Source: Paecilomyces variotii (Eukaryota). Taken from it: a stretch of DNA of 64,000 nt. The stretch is from the NCBI GenBank assembly GCA_004022145.1, contig RCNU01000007.1. One strand, written 5' to 3'. The notes under the pieces are model-generated. The model was not told the origin of the DNA and made no database searches. It saw nothing but the letters and a program-made list of their open reading frames with translations. Below, piece after piece: positions 40,988 to 53,444 of the stretch (within the stretch, counting starts at the first letter, position 1; the number at the start of each line of letters is the position of its first letter). Both the position numbers and the translations under genes were made by a program.

Positions 40988-42384
40988 ATGCTATTCCTCC
41001 TAGCAATAATAGCCACTGCAGCCGTGGCATTTTCCCTACAACAACAACCACCACCTCTACGGTTCACAAAAGACGGAACATTCAAATTGTCCATCTTCTC
41101 CGACCTGCACTATGGCGAAGGTAGAATTAGCAGTTTCTTACCATTCAACCCATCCATGCCCTAAGCATGATATTAACCATCCACTCCAGCCGAGAACCTC
41201 CCCTGGGGCCCTCAACAAGACACCAACACAACCCACGTCCTCAACACCATCCTATCCATCGAACAACCCCACCTCACCATCCTCAACGGCGACCTCATCA
41301 CCGGCGAAGACACCTACCTCTCCAATTCCTCCTCCTACATAGACACCATCGTCCAACCGCTCATAAACCGTGATCTCCTCTCGGCATCCACGTACGGCAA
41401 CCACGATAGCGACTATAACCTCTCCCGAGCGGAGATTTTCGCTCGCGAGAAGCGATATCCGAATAGTTTGACGGGGCGGATGGTTCCGGGGGAAGTGGGG
41501 AAAGTGGGAGTGTCGAATTATTATTTACTTGTTTTTGGGGCTGGTGAGGGAAAGGATGAAGAGGAGGGGCCGGTGGTGATTTTGTGGTTTTTCGATAGTA
41601 GGGGAGGGAATTGTTTTCAGGAATTAGATGGGGATGGGGAGAAGGTTGCGCTGGGTGAATGGGTTGATGAATCGGTAAGTCAGTGGGTACACATTAAGTG
41701 ACTCCCATCAAATTAAAAGATGTATTATATTATATTGTATTATATACTAGTTGCTAACGATATCCTAAGGTAGCCAAATGGTTCATCCAAACCGCCGCCC
41801 AACTCACCAAACAATACAACCGCACCATCCCATCCCTCGCCTTCTTCCACATCCCCATACAAGCAATGTTAGCATTCCAACAAGAAGCAGGAGTCGACCC
41901 GCACCACGAACCAGGAATCAACGACGATAACCCCCTAGCGCCGCAGACAGGAACCACCTACGACGGACAGGATATTCCATTTATGAAAGCGCTGCTTTCA
42001 ACAGAAGGACTCATAGCTACATTTAGTGGACACGATCATGGTGATGACTGGTGCGTATTTCTCCCGGATAGGATTCCGCAGCGATGACTCGAGCTGAATT
42101 CGCGAATTTTGTACATGTACAGGTGCTATCGCTGGAACAGCACGTTGCCGGGAATGAACCTCACGGGGAACGGGCTGTTTCTTTGTTTTGGCCGCCATAG
42201 CGGATATGGAGGCTATGGGAGCTGGACGCGCGGTGCGAGACAGATCTTACTTGACGAACGGACGTTAGATTCTCACACTGAGACGTGGGTCAGGTTGGAG
42301 GACGGGACGGTTTCCGGACATGTGGTTTTGAATAGGACGTATGGGGAAGATTACTATCCTGCTGTTGTGGATAGTTTTACATGA
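40988..42384 (+). CDS. Secreted calcineurin-like metallophosphoesterase (Dcr2/Sia1/PAP-like)
   Basis: Signal peptide MLFLLAIIATAAVAFS; LRFTKDGTFK; motifs DLHYGE, NGDLITG, YGNHD, FFHIP, SGHDH, HSGYGGYG. Three introns (~41121-41189, ~41675-41769, ~42052-42123). Confidence 0.9.
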
Positions 42385-42595
42385 GGATAGTTATGGATCG
42401 TGTAGTCTTGGGTAACTTAATTTCAAGTACTTGAGTGTGGACAACCTTGCTGGTATCATGTCAAATCCGCAATCCTTAGTGCAACATATAGTAAAAACGG
42501 GACATTCATAATAATGGTGGATATATACATCATGTTGATAGATAACATCAACGAGGAAACGATCATATGAATAGAACATGCATCATTTGCATATT

Positions 42596-44406
42596 TTAGA
42601 CGCTCCTCTTTCCCCGCGTTTCAAACGGAAAGAGAACGGCCGTGATACCCGCTACACCCAGCATGGCTGCGCAAACGTAGATCGGGACGGAACTCGAAGT
42701 CGATGCAAATGTGCCCACAACTGCTGACATGGTTCCCATGAGGCGGTTGAAAGACACCGCAATGCCATTCCCCGTTCCACGGTGTGCGGAAGGCATGACC
42801 TCCACCGTATAGGCGTACAATGTGCCGTAGTAGATGTTGATAGTGACGGAGATAGCGCAACTGAAGCCAAGGTTCTGTGCATCAGTACGCACTGCGGTGT
42901 AAGCGAAGAAGAAGACCACTATTGATCCAATCAGTTGGGGGTCCCTTTAGTAGTATAGCGGATAGCGGCTGGATCTTACTGGTCATAATGGCGCCGATGG
43001 CCATTGTGTATTTCCGACCCAGAAGCCTTGTCTCGGACATGAAAGCAGCTATTATAGGGCCTGGGATAGACATGAGGTTCGTAATGGCATAGTTCCTCCA
43101 GGTGATATATGCCGATGAATCGCCAGACTTCTCAGCGCGAGAGGCTAGGTAATCAGGCAGGAATACGTAGTATAGTGAGTATCCCAGACCTATTAGAGCC
43201 CAGGAGAACCAGACTAGCGCTGTGGAAATAGCGAGTCGTTTCGTAGAAAATAGGCCACGCACATGTACCCAGATCTCGACAGGAGAAGTTGGCTTATTCG
43301 CGTGAGTCGTAGTTATTTGCCCGCATTCTTCGAGACGCTCGAGGGTAAGATCACATGGACGGTGGTATTTCTCCGCCAAGGACCGCAATTGTTTAACGAC
43401 CAGTTCATCCTGTCCTTGACAAAGGAGATACTTTGGCGTCTCATGGAAGCGGATGATCAAGACACGCGCGATGCTCATGACGAATACCAGTGAACCTGAG
43501 GTGTAAAACAGATACCGCCATCCCATGTTATTCTCCTTGGTGCATGGGACTGATCCATCACTAGGACAGCTGTAGTTGGCTATTTCGGAGTTAGCTCTAT
43601 TAATGCACGTGAAGGGTCTGCTCAAGGGGTCTCTGAGGCTAGAAAGTACGCACACATGAATCCCCACGCGATGACTCCAGCCACGAACTGACCGACCCCC
43701 CACCATGCCGCCAATAAGGTCAGAAGCCATTGCTTACTCCCGGGCAGATACTCCAAGAAAACAGTGGTGTCAAGGACCAAATTGCCTCCGGATCCAAAGG
43801 CAGACACGGCAACCAGACTTGCCCAGCCGATATAGCTGGACGCACCACCGGCAGCAATGGCGAATACTGCGCTAATGAGCAACGAGAAATTGAAGGCAAA
43901 CTTGCGTCCAACAATATCCGCTGTAGACCCCCAGAAAAGAGCTCCGATAAATAGAGCAATGTAGAAGGCCAGCTGAGCCCCGTGGGTGAATGGTGGATTA
44001 TATTCCAAGACCACTTGGCTGGCAGCGATACTCATGAGAAAGAGCAGCAGCGAGTCCACGGCGTATCTATCTTGTAAGCTTGAATCCTTTTCGGCGGGGT
44101 ATTCAGAGACACCACGTAAACTTACCCAAAGCCATTCAGGAAAAAGAGCTTGACATGGTATCCAGTGAGACCAAGTTGTTCAATAGCCTAAGAAGAGTCA
44201 GAATAAACATATTCAAGGTACCGTGTTCATTTCATGCGCACCTCGTTCACAAGGCGCATTTTCGCAGCCAACGCGTGATCTACACTACCCAAAGCAACGA
44301 CTTCTGTCGCATCGCCATTGTCCATAGACTCATGATCCCGCGTCGGAAGCTCCGCGGCGACATGGTCAGGCTTGACCTGAGGCCCTTTTGCGATATCTGT
44401 GTCCAT
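42596..44406 (-). CDS. MFS transporter (SV2/SVOP-like sugar-porter-related)
   Basis: GALFWGSTADIVGRKFAFN (MFS motif A), GGNLVLDTTVFLEYLP, GWRYL, HETPKYL, LGRKYTM, YAYTVEVMPSAHRGTGNG. Multi-exon. Confidence 0.9.
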
Positions 44407-45888
44407 GCTGACGTTGGAAAAATGCAATGGAAATGACCAAGAGCACAAGGAAAGAGGCAGACTCACCAGGAATATAGCAGGGACAGTTCTGACCAGATCT
44501 CTAAATACATGTTCGCTCAAACCCCTCTTATCGCTCCAGACAAGAAGGACATTGTCGCACGTGGGTTGTATGTTTTCCCGATAAGGAATAGTTCGAAGCC
44601 ATCGCCGATGCTAGCCACCTCGATACAAATCCTCTCCTCTCGCGGGGATGAGCATCAAGATGGGAAGATGTATAGCCTATCAATACCTCGTTGAAGTGTT
44701 AAGACCTCTCACCGTTCCGGCTGGCAGATATTAGACATGGGGAAATTGGTCGCGTGCGATATCCCAGTTTAGAGCCACCAATTGGTGGGCGTGAAGCAGG
44801 GACGACGAAAGACCGGCGGAATAATGGTCACAAACCAATTCAGTGCAGCATGCAATTGGCCAAATTTGATGATAAGGCTGATGAATACGACGGAGTTTAA
44901 GACGAAAACAGACTAGATATTAATATTATTGAGAAATGACTGGGATAAAAAAGCCATCGCTCGACAGGCAATCAACTCCGGTCACATGACCGGCCTGCTA
45001 ACTATATCTGCGGAGAGGGGACAACAATGCCATACTTCACGGGTTGGAAAGCCCGGTGAAACTAACCTGAGGGGGTTAAAATGATAGCTTCAAATGGGTT
45101 AGTCCTCGTATACTAGGATCGATGAGGAGGAGGGGAAAGGATGTTCATGCCACCAGCTGCAGGATAAATAGAAGATATTTCGCCTAGCAAAAGCACAATA
45201 AACATTGTTCCTATGGATACAATCAGATTGTAATGAATTTGGATTAGCAGAGGTAAAATCGGAGAATTGCGTTTCAGTCACTTACTATTTGTATAACAAA
45301 CAAATTTCTCATACTTATCGCGGCCATCAATGAAATTTACCAAGCATAGACTGTAGATAGCCGATGTGGAGAGCATAGGGAAGCCTGAATAGAAGTAGGC
45401 GGTGTTACCAATTTCGGCCAGGGCGCTCAATGGCTTTATATTATATAGACTACATCTCTAAATATCAAAGTCTTATTATTGGTATATAAAACAAACGCTA
45501 TATAATATACTATCATCTCTTATACAAAGTTCCCATATGGAATTGGATCGAACCTCCTAGATTACTAGATTATTAGGATCTAGATTCTTTGTATTATAGA
45601 TAAATATTGGATCAAATCCTCCCTAGACCTAGAGTCAAGCAAGCAATTCAAGTCGATCAGGTCAGATCTTGCTTCCGTGCTAAAGGATTCGACAATCATC
45701 ACACACATTCTCCCAGGTTGTCAAAAAGCATCAGTAATTCGAAAAGGAGATCTCCGATATAACAGGGACGCGGAGAGACTGAGTCGAGCAATTATTGACA
45801 AGAGTGTGCACTACATTCTCGCGGGATCTTCTTTGTGGCAGTTGAATGCAGTCGAGTATTACCTATAGAGTTACTAGCTATTTATAGC

Positions 45889-45903
45889 AAAAAAAAGACG
45901 AAA
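45889..45903 (-). terminator. Pol III oligo-dT terminator of the 5S gene
   Basis: TTTTCGTCTTTTTTTT directly 3' of the 5S on the minus strand. Confidence 0.75.
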
Positions 45904-46022
45904 ACATACAACAGCAGGGATTCGCTGGTGGTCACCCACCCAACTACTAACCTGCCGGCGTGTGGCTTAAGTACGGCTGAGCGGACGGGAAGCCCTGTTT
46001 TCCACACCCTATGGTCGTATGT
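45904..46022 (-). rRNA. 5S rRNA: 5S ribosomal RNA (dispersed copy, 119 nt)
   Basis: Minus strand ACATACGACCATAGGGTGTGGAAAACAGGGCTTCCCGTCCGCTCAGCCGTACTTAAGCC...GTTAGTAGTTGGGTGGGTGACCACCAGCGAATCCCTGCTGTTGTATGT, the typical Eurotiales 5S. TATA about 25-30 nt upstream. Confidence 0.97.
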
Positions 46023-47410
46023 GATGGTTAAACACTTCAAAGAGATGATATAGTCAAGTTGGGATAGGAAATGGAAATTTCCAAGCTTTTTGGGGACTGG
46101 AAACCTAGTCTCCAGCAATACTGAATTACGGAAAGGAGGGTTCCAAAATCTACTCGTCTGGTAAGTATTGAGCATTTCTACCTACCTTTCTTCAGTCTGA
46201 CTACATTTACTGGTAACATTTTCGTCGTGCTTTCCAACAGGTATAATCTTACAGGGCTTAATAGTATGCGAGGCCTGCCCGTGTCAATATTAGCGACATC
46301 TAGAAGAGAGGGAAAGAACATTCAAACCCCCTATGGCATCGGATACTCCTGAGAATATTGAATGTGACTAACTGAATAAGTATGTATATACATATTCGTT
46401 ATCTTTCATTGTATAGATGCTGGGGATACAATCCCATCGAGCCTATTTTAATCCGTTCAGAGATTCCTCCCTTAAAATCAATTCCCCGTGTGCAGAACTC
46501 CGCAGTGTAACCTTAACTGGAAAAGGCTCCTTCATGCTCCAGTGATTCAGAATCGTGCTGCAATAAGAACCATTCTAACATAGTGTCAGCTTGTATACAT
46601 CCCAGAAATAGCTATGATCGTGCAAGGCAGGCAGGAGTCCAATATAAGCATACCGCGACATAATCAAAGCAATATATCAATCTCGAAATTGTGTAGTAAA
46701 GGATTGACATCGATCTTTTTGTAACTAGGGTTCAAGAGTCATGCAACGGAGTTATCACACTCGACATTATTACTTGTGCTCTTGGAGCGAGAGAAGCGGC
46801 TTAATATCGCGAAAAACGGTTATCTTTTCAATTCACTAGATGATCATTCTTTAGTGGGTCCCTCGTGGGCTGCCATTTATGTATCAATAAAGGGGGATGT
46901 CATAGATACCTACTCAATACGAGCAAGCTTTTTACCACTTCCTTTAACTTTTCTCTTGAGCTTGGCCATATCTATTAGCCTTATCATTGTCGAATCTTTA
47001 ATAGCACGGAAGGAGAATCTGAACTGCTTGCTTGACTCTAGGTCTAGGGAGGATTTGATCCCATATTTATCTCTAGCACCCAAAGAATCTAGATCCTAGT
47101 AATCTAGTAATCTAGTAGGTTCGATCCAATTCCATATGGGAACTTTGTATAAGAGATGATTGCAGATCACCTGGCGTTTGCTTTATACACAGACAATGAT
47201 ATTCTAATATCTAGAGACGTAGTCTATATAACGTAAAGGCATTCAGCGCCCCGGCCGAATTTGGTAATACCGCCTACTTCTATTCAGGCTTCCCTATGCT
47301 TGTTACAGAACCAAAGTCTCCCGAACAAGAAGAATTAGAACTAGTTTCTGCACCCATGTATCACACAGAGCTACATCTGCTGGTCTGCTATCCAACGAGA
47401 ACCATACATC

Positions 47411-48334
47411 TCATATCGAGCATATAGCGTGATCGATGAAGCGGGAAATAAGGGATATGACCCGGTTACGTCTTGCGCCCGTGCTCAATGAGGTGTAGTG
47501 TACGGTATACTAAACACGAGAGCTCCTTGTTAGTTATCAACGTACTATGGTAAAGGGAGATAGGCGTCAGAAGTCGCGAGTATGGCGTATCTTACTGAAT
47601 AGTCGATATTTAGCCGTGTAAACATAAAGCTATCGCCATCCACAGAGATTGCAAATAAAGGAATTCTGTCTTTTCCAGTTTCCTCACGAACCCAATTGAT
47701 CAAGGCTGGCATAAAATTATCAGTGAATTCAGTCGATTGCAACAGTTAAAGCCGTAACACATAGCTTGAGAACTCACCCAGACTTGTTCTAGCACATTTG
47801 TTATCTCGCGAATCCACCACGTTGACAAGTAGTTTGATATCTTGTATTTTCTCCAGTTGTCCATGGCATAATGCATAGTCGATCAGAGTATTTATTTTCA
47901 TGCGCCGACCCCTATAACCGCCTTTAGCCGAGAAGGGCACTCCAGAAACCCAACGTGCGGTTTGGTATAGAGTAGACTTCGCCGAACTCGTGGACTCCGA
48001 GAGAACATCGCGTTTCCTTGACGCCAAAGTAGTCGCAAAGATCGCCTCCAGGCGTGTTCGAAGAACGGAATCTGAGTACCATTGCTCAATTTCAGTTTCC
48101 TGCAAGATTAATTCTTCGCCGACTTGGTCAAACACTGATCGCCTAAATCAAGGATATGATATACTAACGAAGATGACGCGGAATAGATATAATTTCTTCT
48201 TCTGCCAAATCCCAATAAGACCACTGGCCTTCAGCTATATGGAGGCCGAATATAGCGTTGGCATTCTCTCCGGTTACTACAATAGCATCGTCTTCGTCGA
48301 AATGGGACTTATTAGTGATGGTCAGTGGACCCAT
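47411..48334 (-). CDS. PD-(D/E)xK nuclease-fold family protein, paralogue A (catalytic ExK not evident)
   Basis: Spliced: WDLAEEEIISIPRHL | ...SVLRTRLEAIFATTLASRK...TLIDYALCHG...KLLVNVVDS... | ALINWVREETGKDRIPLFAISVDGDSFMFTRLN | YTV. Homologous to 51580-52686. Exon ends approximate. Confidence 0.65.
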
Positions 48335-48598
48335 AATGATGAGAGTCAGTGAACTTGGAGAAGCGCGATGGTTTCAACATTCAGCTACGTTGAGAAGAAA
48401 ATGACAGGGCGATGATGCCTGCACCAATTTATCCTTTTCGGTAGCCGCATGTCCGAGTCTTATACCATGGAAACATCCAATGTGGTCCGGAATGGCCTTC
48501 CTTGATTTAATACCAGCTATTTCGCTGTGTTAGGAATTCTTCCCGTTCCTTTACACCATCTACTGCCTTATACTAATACTAAATTGTCACTGCCCATC

Positions 48599-49771
48599 AT
48601 GAATACCATTATGAATGCCAGAGCCATTATCCACAATTCATATTACTGGCTAGAGCGTCACGCCAGATTGATTTCCCGTGCCACCTCCTCCCGCCCATCG
48701 GTGGAGGAAAGTCAATATGCCCAGATTGAGAAGCTCTGCAAGGACAAACAACAATTTTTCAATGTCATAGATTTCTTCGGTATTCGTCCCGGCAGATACG
48801 AAGACCATACGCAGTGGGCTCTCGCTGAGGATGAAATATACGAAATACCTACCTTTCTTGGTAATGATTATCTTTGTTTGACTCCTCCAGAATACGAAAA
48901 AAAAAAGAACCTAATAATAATAATACTAATATATGCCCAGAACCAATGCTAGATGATTTTGATACTTCGTTTAACTTCAAGAATATGTTGATTCCGTCGC
49001 AGGTCAGCATGATCATCACTCTTGCAATCAACCACGCGAAGAAGCGCGAGGCCCGCAGAGTCGCCGCACCTCTTCCAGAAGACGAAGACTACCGGCCCTA
49101 TAACGATCCCTTGACCCAGATACAAATTAAACGTGGCCAGATAGTCCGCACGTGCTTTCGCTGCAGAGATAAAAAGTACAGAATGAGTGGCATAATGGAC
49201 TATGTGCTCTGGTACGGAGACAGGGAAGAGCTTGAAATGAATTTGATAATTTTCCACGCGCCAACTCAGGGAGATATTGATCTTCCAATATTGTTTTCTT
49301 ATATGGGTAAGGAATACAAACGGATCTGTCGTAGCCTATTTGATGCCCCTAGAGATTACTGACTACGTGTAGGTGCAATCCACGGTGCTCGCAAGAGAGC
49401 AGGGAGGAATTCTGCCCTCTATGGAATTTATTCTGATAAATCTGACTGGGCTTTTGTGTACTTGGATAAATATGGTCGCGTAAGTGCACTCGAGAATCAT
49501 TCCCGGTCTCTAGTTTAAGTATGGCTAATACTAACAACAGTATACGGTCCGAGTATTGAACTGGACAACATCAAAGCGGGAGATATACACATATATAACT
49601 CGCATCGTGGAGGGCGCCATTCATATTATGCAGACTAATTATGGATCCCACTGGGAGGAAGACAAAACTGCAAGTGAAATTGCTTGCTGTTTTATCGATG
49701 ATGCCGACTGGGGTGATAAGTCATTACATGCGACAATTAAACCTTCGGTGTTAACAGGTAAGAGAGAATAG
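48599..49771 (+). CDS. PD-(D/E)xK nuclease-fold family protein, paralogue B (catalytic ExK lost)
   Basis: WALAEDEIYEIPTFL | ...MSGIMDYVLWYGDREELEMNLIIFHAPTQ...LFSYM | GAIHGARKRAGRNSALYGIYSDKSDWAFVYLD | YTVRVLNW. Three introns. Confidence 0.75.
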
Positions 49772-51579
49772 GAGAAGTTTGGCACATTTAAGCGTTGTCC
49801 AGTCAGAAACATCATGAGGATTTCCATGGTGGTGTTCTCTGTAGTCTTTCAAGTTACAGCTTTCTAGTGAGAGACTTATAATCCATTTTGGAGTGTCTCT
49901 GAAGTTTTGTTTTCAGGCAGAGAAGAAAGCCGTAGTCGACACGGAAACGTCTTGGTGACCCAATATAACCAAGGTTACCATGGCTCGAAGGGAAATAGTG
50001 CGTATATACTTCTTGCCATGTACCAGCTGCTGTACCTTGATGGTTAAGTATCACAATAACTGAATAACATTCCTTTCAAATTACGGCAATACCCTAGCCT
50101 CAATACATGTATATACTAGGTCTAATTGCTGTATACTCCGTTCTGAGCCGGAACATCAAATTAAAAAGCACAAGAAAAAGTCCAAACTTCATGTATGCGA
50201 CCAGCTTTGAATCTCGCAGGCTGACTTTTACGCTTCTCCACCTCATGAGCACAACTTTGGCCACCCTGGGATGCAAACAGGTAAACATAAACCCAATTGA
50301 ACATTTGTCCACTTTTTTGCATCACGAGATATCCAGCCGCACTGTGGAACTTACTGTAATTTAAAGATTGTCACTATGCACAGTTGTATACATGGATGGC
50401 CTACACGCTTCTCCGTTGCCTATAGGTATATATATATGGTCTGGGAATGGTCCATGTAACTTTGGCAAGAGTGCATGGTACGAGTGACGAATTAAATCCC
50501 AAAATACGAGAGATCTGTTCGTTTCGAAAAATCACACAACTGGAGATTTATGTACAGGTTTCTCCTACCATTACTCTTCAGGGGATTCCACCAGAGATAA
50601 ATATCGGTCTAAAGGACTCAAGGATGCCTTTTCTGCACTTGGGTAGCGTTCGTTCATTGGCTATCTTGAACTGTTTCCTCTTTCCATGATAATTTAACTC
50701 CGAAGTTGATCAGTCCAAAGCTTCCCAACGTCCAACCACGATACAGCACAGCTCTATCACGGATTCATAGTAGTAAGGGAAGGGATATCCCGAAGAATAT
50801 ACATTCTCTCCAACCAGAGGAAGCTGGTTGTCCCTGACTGGTGTTTACCTTGCGCGTGTATATACGTCGTAGATCTACTGAACCTGTCGCTGTTACCACT
50901 GATCGAGCGACCTAGCGCCGCAGGTTGTCTAGCCAGCCTCCGTCGTACGGTCGATCTTATGCCACGCGAGGATCTGCATAACGGATAGATCCGTTGCGGA
51001 TTCTTGCATGCCAAAGCTAGACTTTGACCAGCCAACGTCGCCCGATCGTAAGGTCTGAAGCCCACGATCGGTTCAGATATCTTGTCCGAGGACGTTCGTC
51101 GTCAGAGACTCTATTCTGTCTTAACGACGTGTTCGACTCTACGACATCAGCTGTCCAAAACACCTATATTGTAGCGTCGATCGTTTTCCCTCGCAGGGAA
51201 TTTCTGGCCAGATAGCTCCACCTTAGAAACCTATATGACAGAGCAATATCTTGCCGTTCTAGAACATATCCGATGTGAAGTATGTAATTCAGGATCAGGT
51301 TGGTAGTTCTTCCTATTACACAGGCATAGTGGGGAGACTAAGTCCTACCCTGACGACGCGTCGTTCATCTGATATCGAGGCGATTCTGTTACCTCATTCG
51401 CTCGATCAAAATTGATACACCTGATCGAAGCGAGATTGAAGGCAGTCACTCTGTGTCATCTCAGTAAATCGTTTCTGAGGGCATGCCTATTTCAACGGGT
51501 CTTCTGGTTCAACGTTTCCTCCCTGCCTGTCCTCTCCAGACTGATGTGACTGTCCTGGTGATCTTCCACTGCTTTTAAA

Positions 51580-52686
51580 ATGGAGGAATGGATGGAGGAT
51601 GTCCTGCGCAGGGTCCCACAGCGCATTCGTTCATCTCTGAGAGATTTCTTGTTACCATTCAGCGCAAAAACCAAACCAGTCGCTGACATGACGTGCAAGG
51701 AAGTGTGTGAGTTTTTCCGTCTGACGGACGACTTATCTTTCGACTGGTCGCTCGAACCACACGAGCGGAAGACTGTGCCGGACTATCTGAGTGAGACCCT
51801 CACCTTATGCAGTTTTGTTTATGTGCTAAACATTTGTAGAATCCATACTAGAAGACTATAACCTCTGCATGGCAGGATCACGGGAGAATGAAGCCCTTGT
51901 CCGTACCCGTCTCGACGCTATCTTGATGACCACTCTTGCGGCGAAAAAGAAGGGGGAATGGGGCCAGACCTGGGGAGCATCTATGGAGAGCGTTGCCTCG
52001 TACAAATCCCTCCATCTACAATTTGAGACACCTCTCAAATGCCCGGTCATGCACAAGAATAGAGAGATCATCCTCAATGGTAGGGCTGATTATTCGCTGT
52101 GGTACGAAACAGTTGACGAGCCCGAGAGTAATATGGTCGTGGTGGAGGCCAAAGCTCACGAGGGTGACCGCACTGGAGAATGGCAGACATTGACCTACAT
52201 GGGTGAGTTGTTATCCCATTATCACGTCCTTGACCAGGTTCGCTAATTATTAGTTAGCTATAATCCACTCAGCCAGGAAGAAAGCGGGTAGATCTGATAC
52301 CACAATATATGGAGTTGCCACAGACAGCCATCGGTTCATCTTCATGCGTTTAGATAACAATTCAAAAGTAAGACATTCCTTTGCCTAGTGACATGCTAAA
52401 GCGTTGGATTAACCATGCTTTTTATATCTAGTGGTCGAAGCTGGAGACCACATGGGACACTCCTGAAGGGGCTATCACGGTGATTTCGCATCTGCACAAG
52501 ATAATGGACCATGCTGCAATGCTCTCGCCGGTTGCTACGAGACAGTCTGCATCAGAAAGGAAGCGACCAATGGAGGACCCCCGGCTCGAGGAGACACCGT
52601 CTACAGCCCTAAGGTTGGGCTCGATAGAGGTCAGTGAACCCTTCGATCTATTTCGTGATACAGAATGGTCGTCTGGCAATCACTAG
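51580..52686 (+). CDS. PD-(D/E)xK nuclease-fold family protein, paralogue C (intact D...EAK...QxxxY motif)
   Basis: WSLEPHERKTVPDYL | NEALVRTRLDAILMTTL...LNGRADYSLWY...MVVVEAK...WQTLTYM | AIIHSARKKAGRSDTTIYGVATDSHRFIFMRLDN | WSK. Three introns. Confidence 0.8.
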
Positions 52687-53444
52687 GGTCGTCCAACAGT
52701 CTATAGATAGCCCTGAAATGGAAATAGCAATTTCCTGGTTCCTCGAAAATGATAGTAGTTTAATAAAAGGTTCAAGACCGCCAGAAAATCCCTGCTGTTG
52801 TATGTTTTCTGTTTTTGTTTCTCTCACTTTTTAATGACGGTTTCTTCTTTGATGAACGTGGCTACTGAACATTGTGGAGAGTTCAATATCAGGAACCTGA
52901 CAGGACAAGACGTCATGAGCGCTTGTCCCCCAAAAAAAAAATATGGCGCCAGTTAAGCCAGGGATGCTAACCGACTGCGAGTACCAGCTGAGTGGAAGTT
53001 CAGACGCACTTATTGGTATAGTTGACCGGTTCATGCAGTAGTTGCGACAAACGTAAGTAGCCCTTTGTATCTCTAGAATCGAGTGAGTGGGTGAGCAAGA
53101 CATACGAGTTGATTGGTATATTGGGATTCTCCGCAATTACCATTCGTAAACAACCTCATGCTGTTGCTAGTCTGGAAACTGCAAAGTCTCTGTATGAGCC
53201 ACTGTAAGTATGTACTATGCGATATCCTTAGCCTACCTAAGATAAGCCAAGTTGTGCAGGTAACAATCAATGCAGCCACGAGTACTTTTGATCTCCCCCG
53301 AATCCCGCTCACATGATCGGCCTTGGACGACGCGGTGTGGCAGAGCGTTAAAGCAGTCAACAAACACACGAGAGATGAGATAAATACTTCTTGGCCCTTT
53401 TTTTTTTTTTTTACTGAAAACAATGATCAGTCATAATATTCACT

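Larger units (their letters stand above)
45372..47300. mobile_element. Non-autonomous long-TIR (Mutator/foldback-like) element enclosing a 5S rRNA gene
   Basis: Inverted repeats ~45372-45699 and ~46983-47300 (AGCATAGGGAAGCCTGAATAGAAGTAGGCGG...), similar throughout with many transitions, internal CTAGATTA subrepeats. No transposase and no TSD seen. Confidence 0.6.

Noticed and set aside
45835..46175. ORFs overlapping the 5S gene
   Set aside because: Spurious translations of the rRNA gene and flanks.
46280..46760. Possible fourth nuclease-paralogue fragment or transposase remnant inside the inverted repeats
   Set aside because: Only a faint REGKNIQTPYGI resemblance, interrupted by stops. Not supportable without a search.
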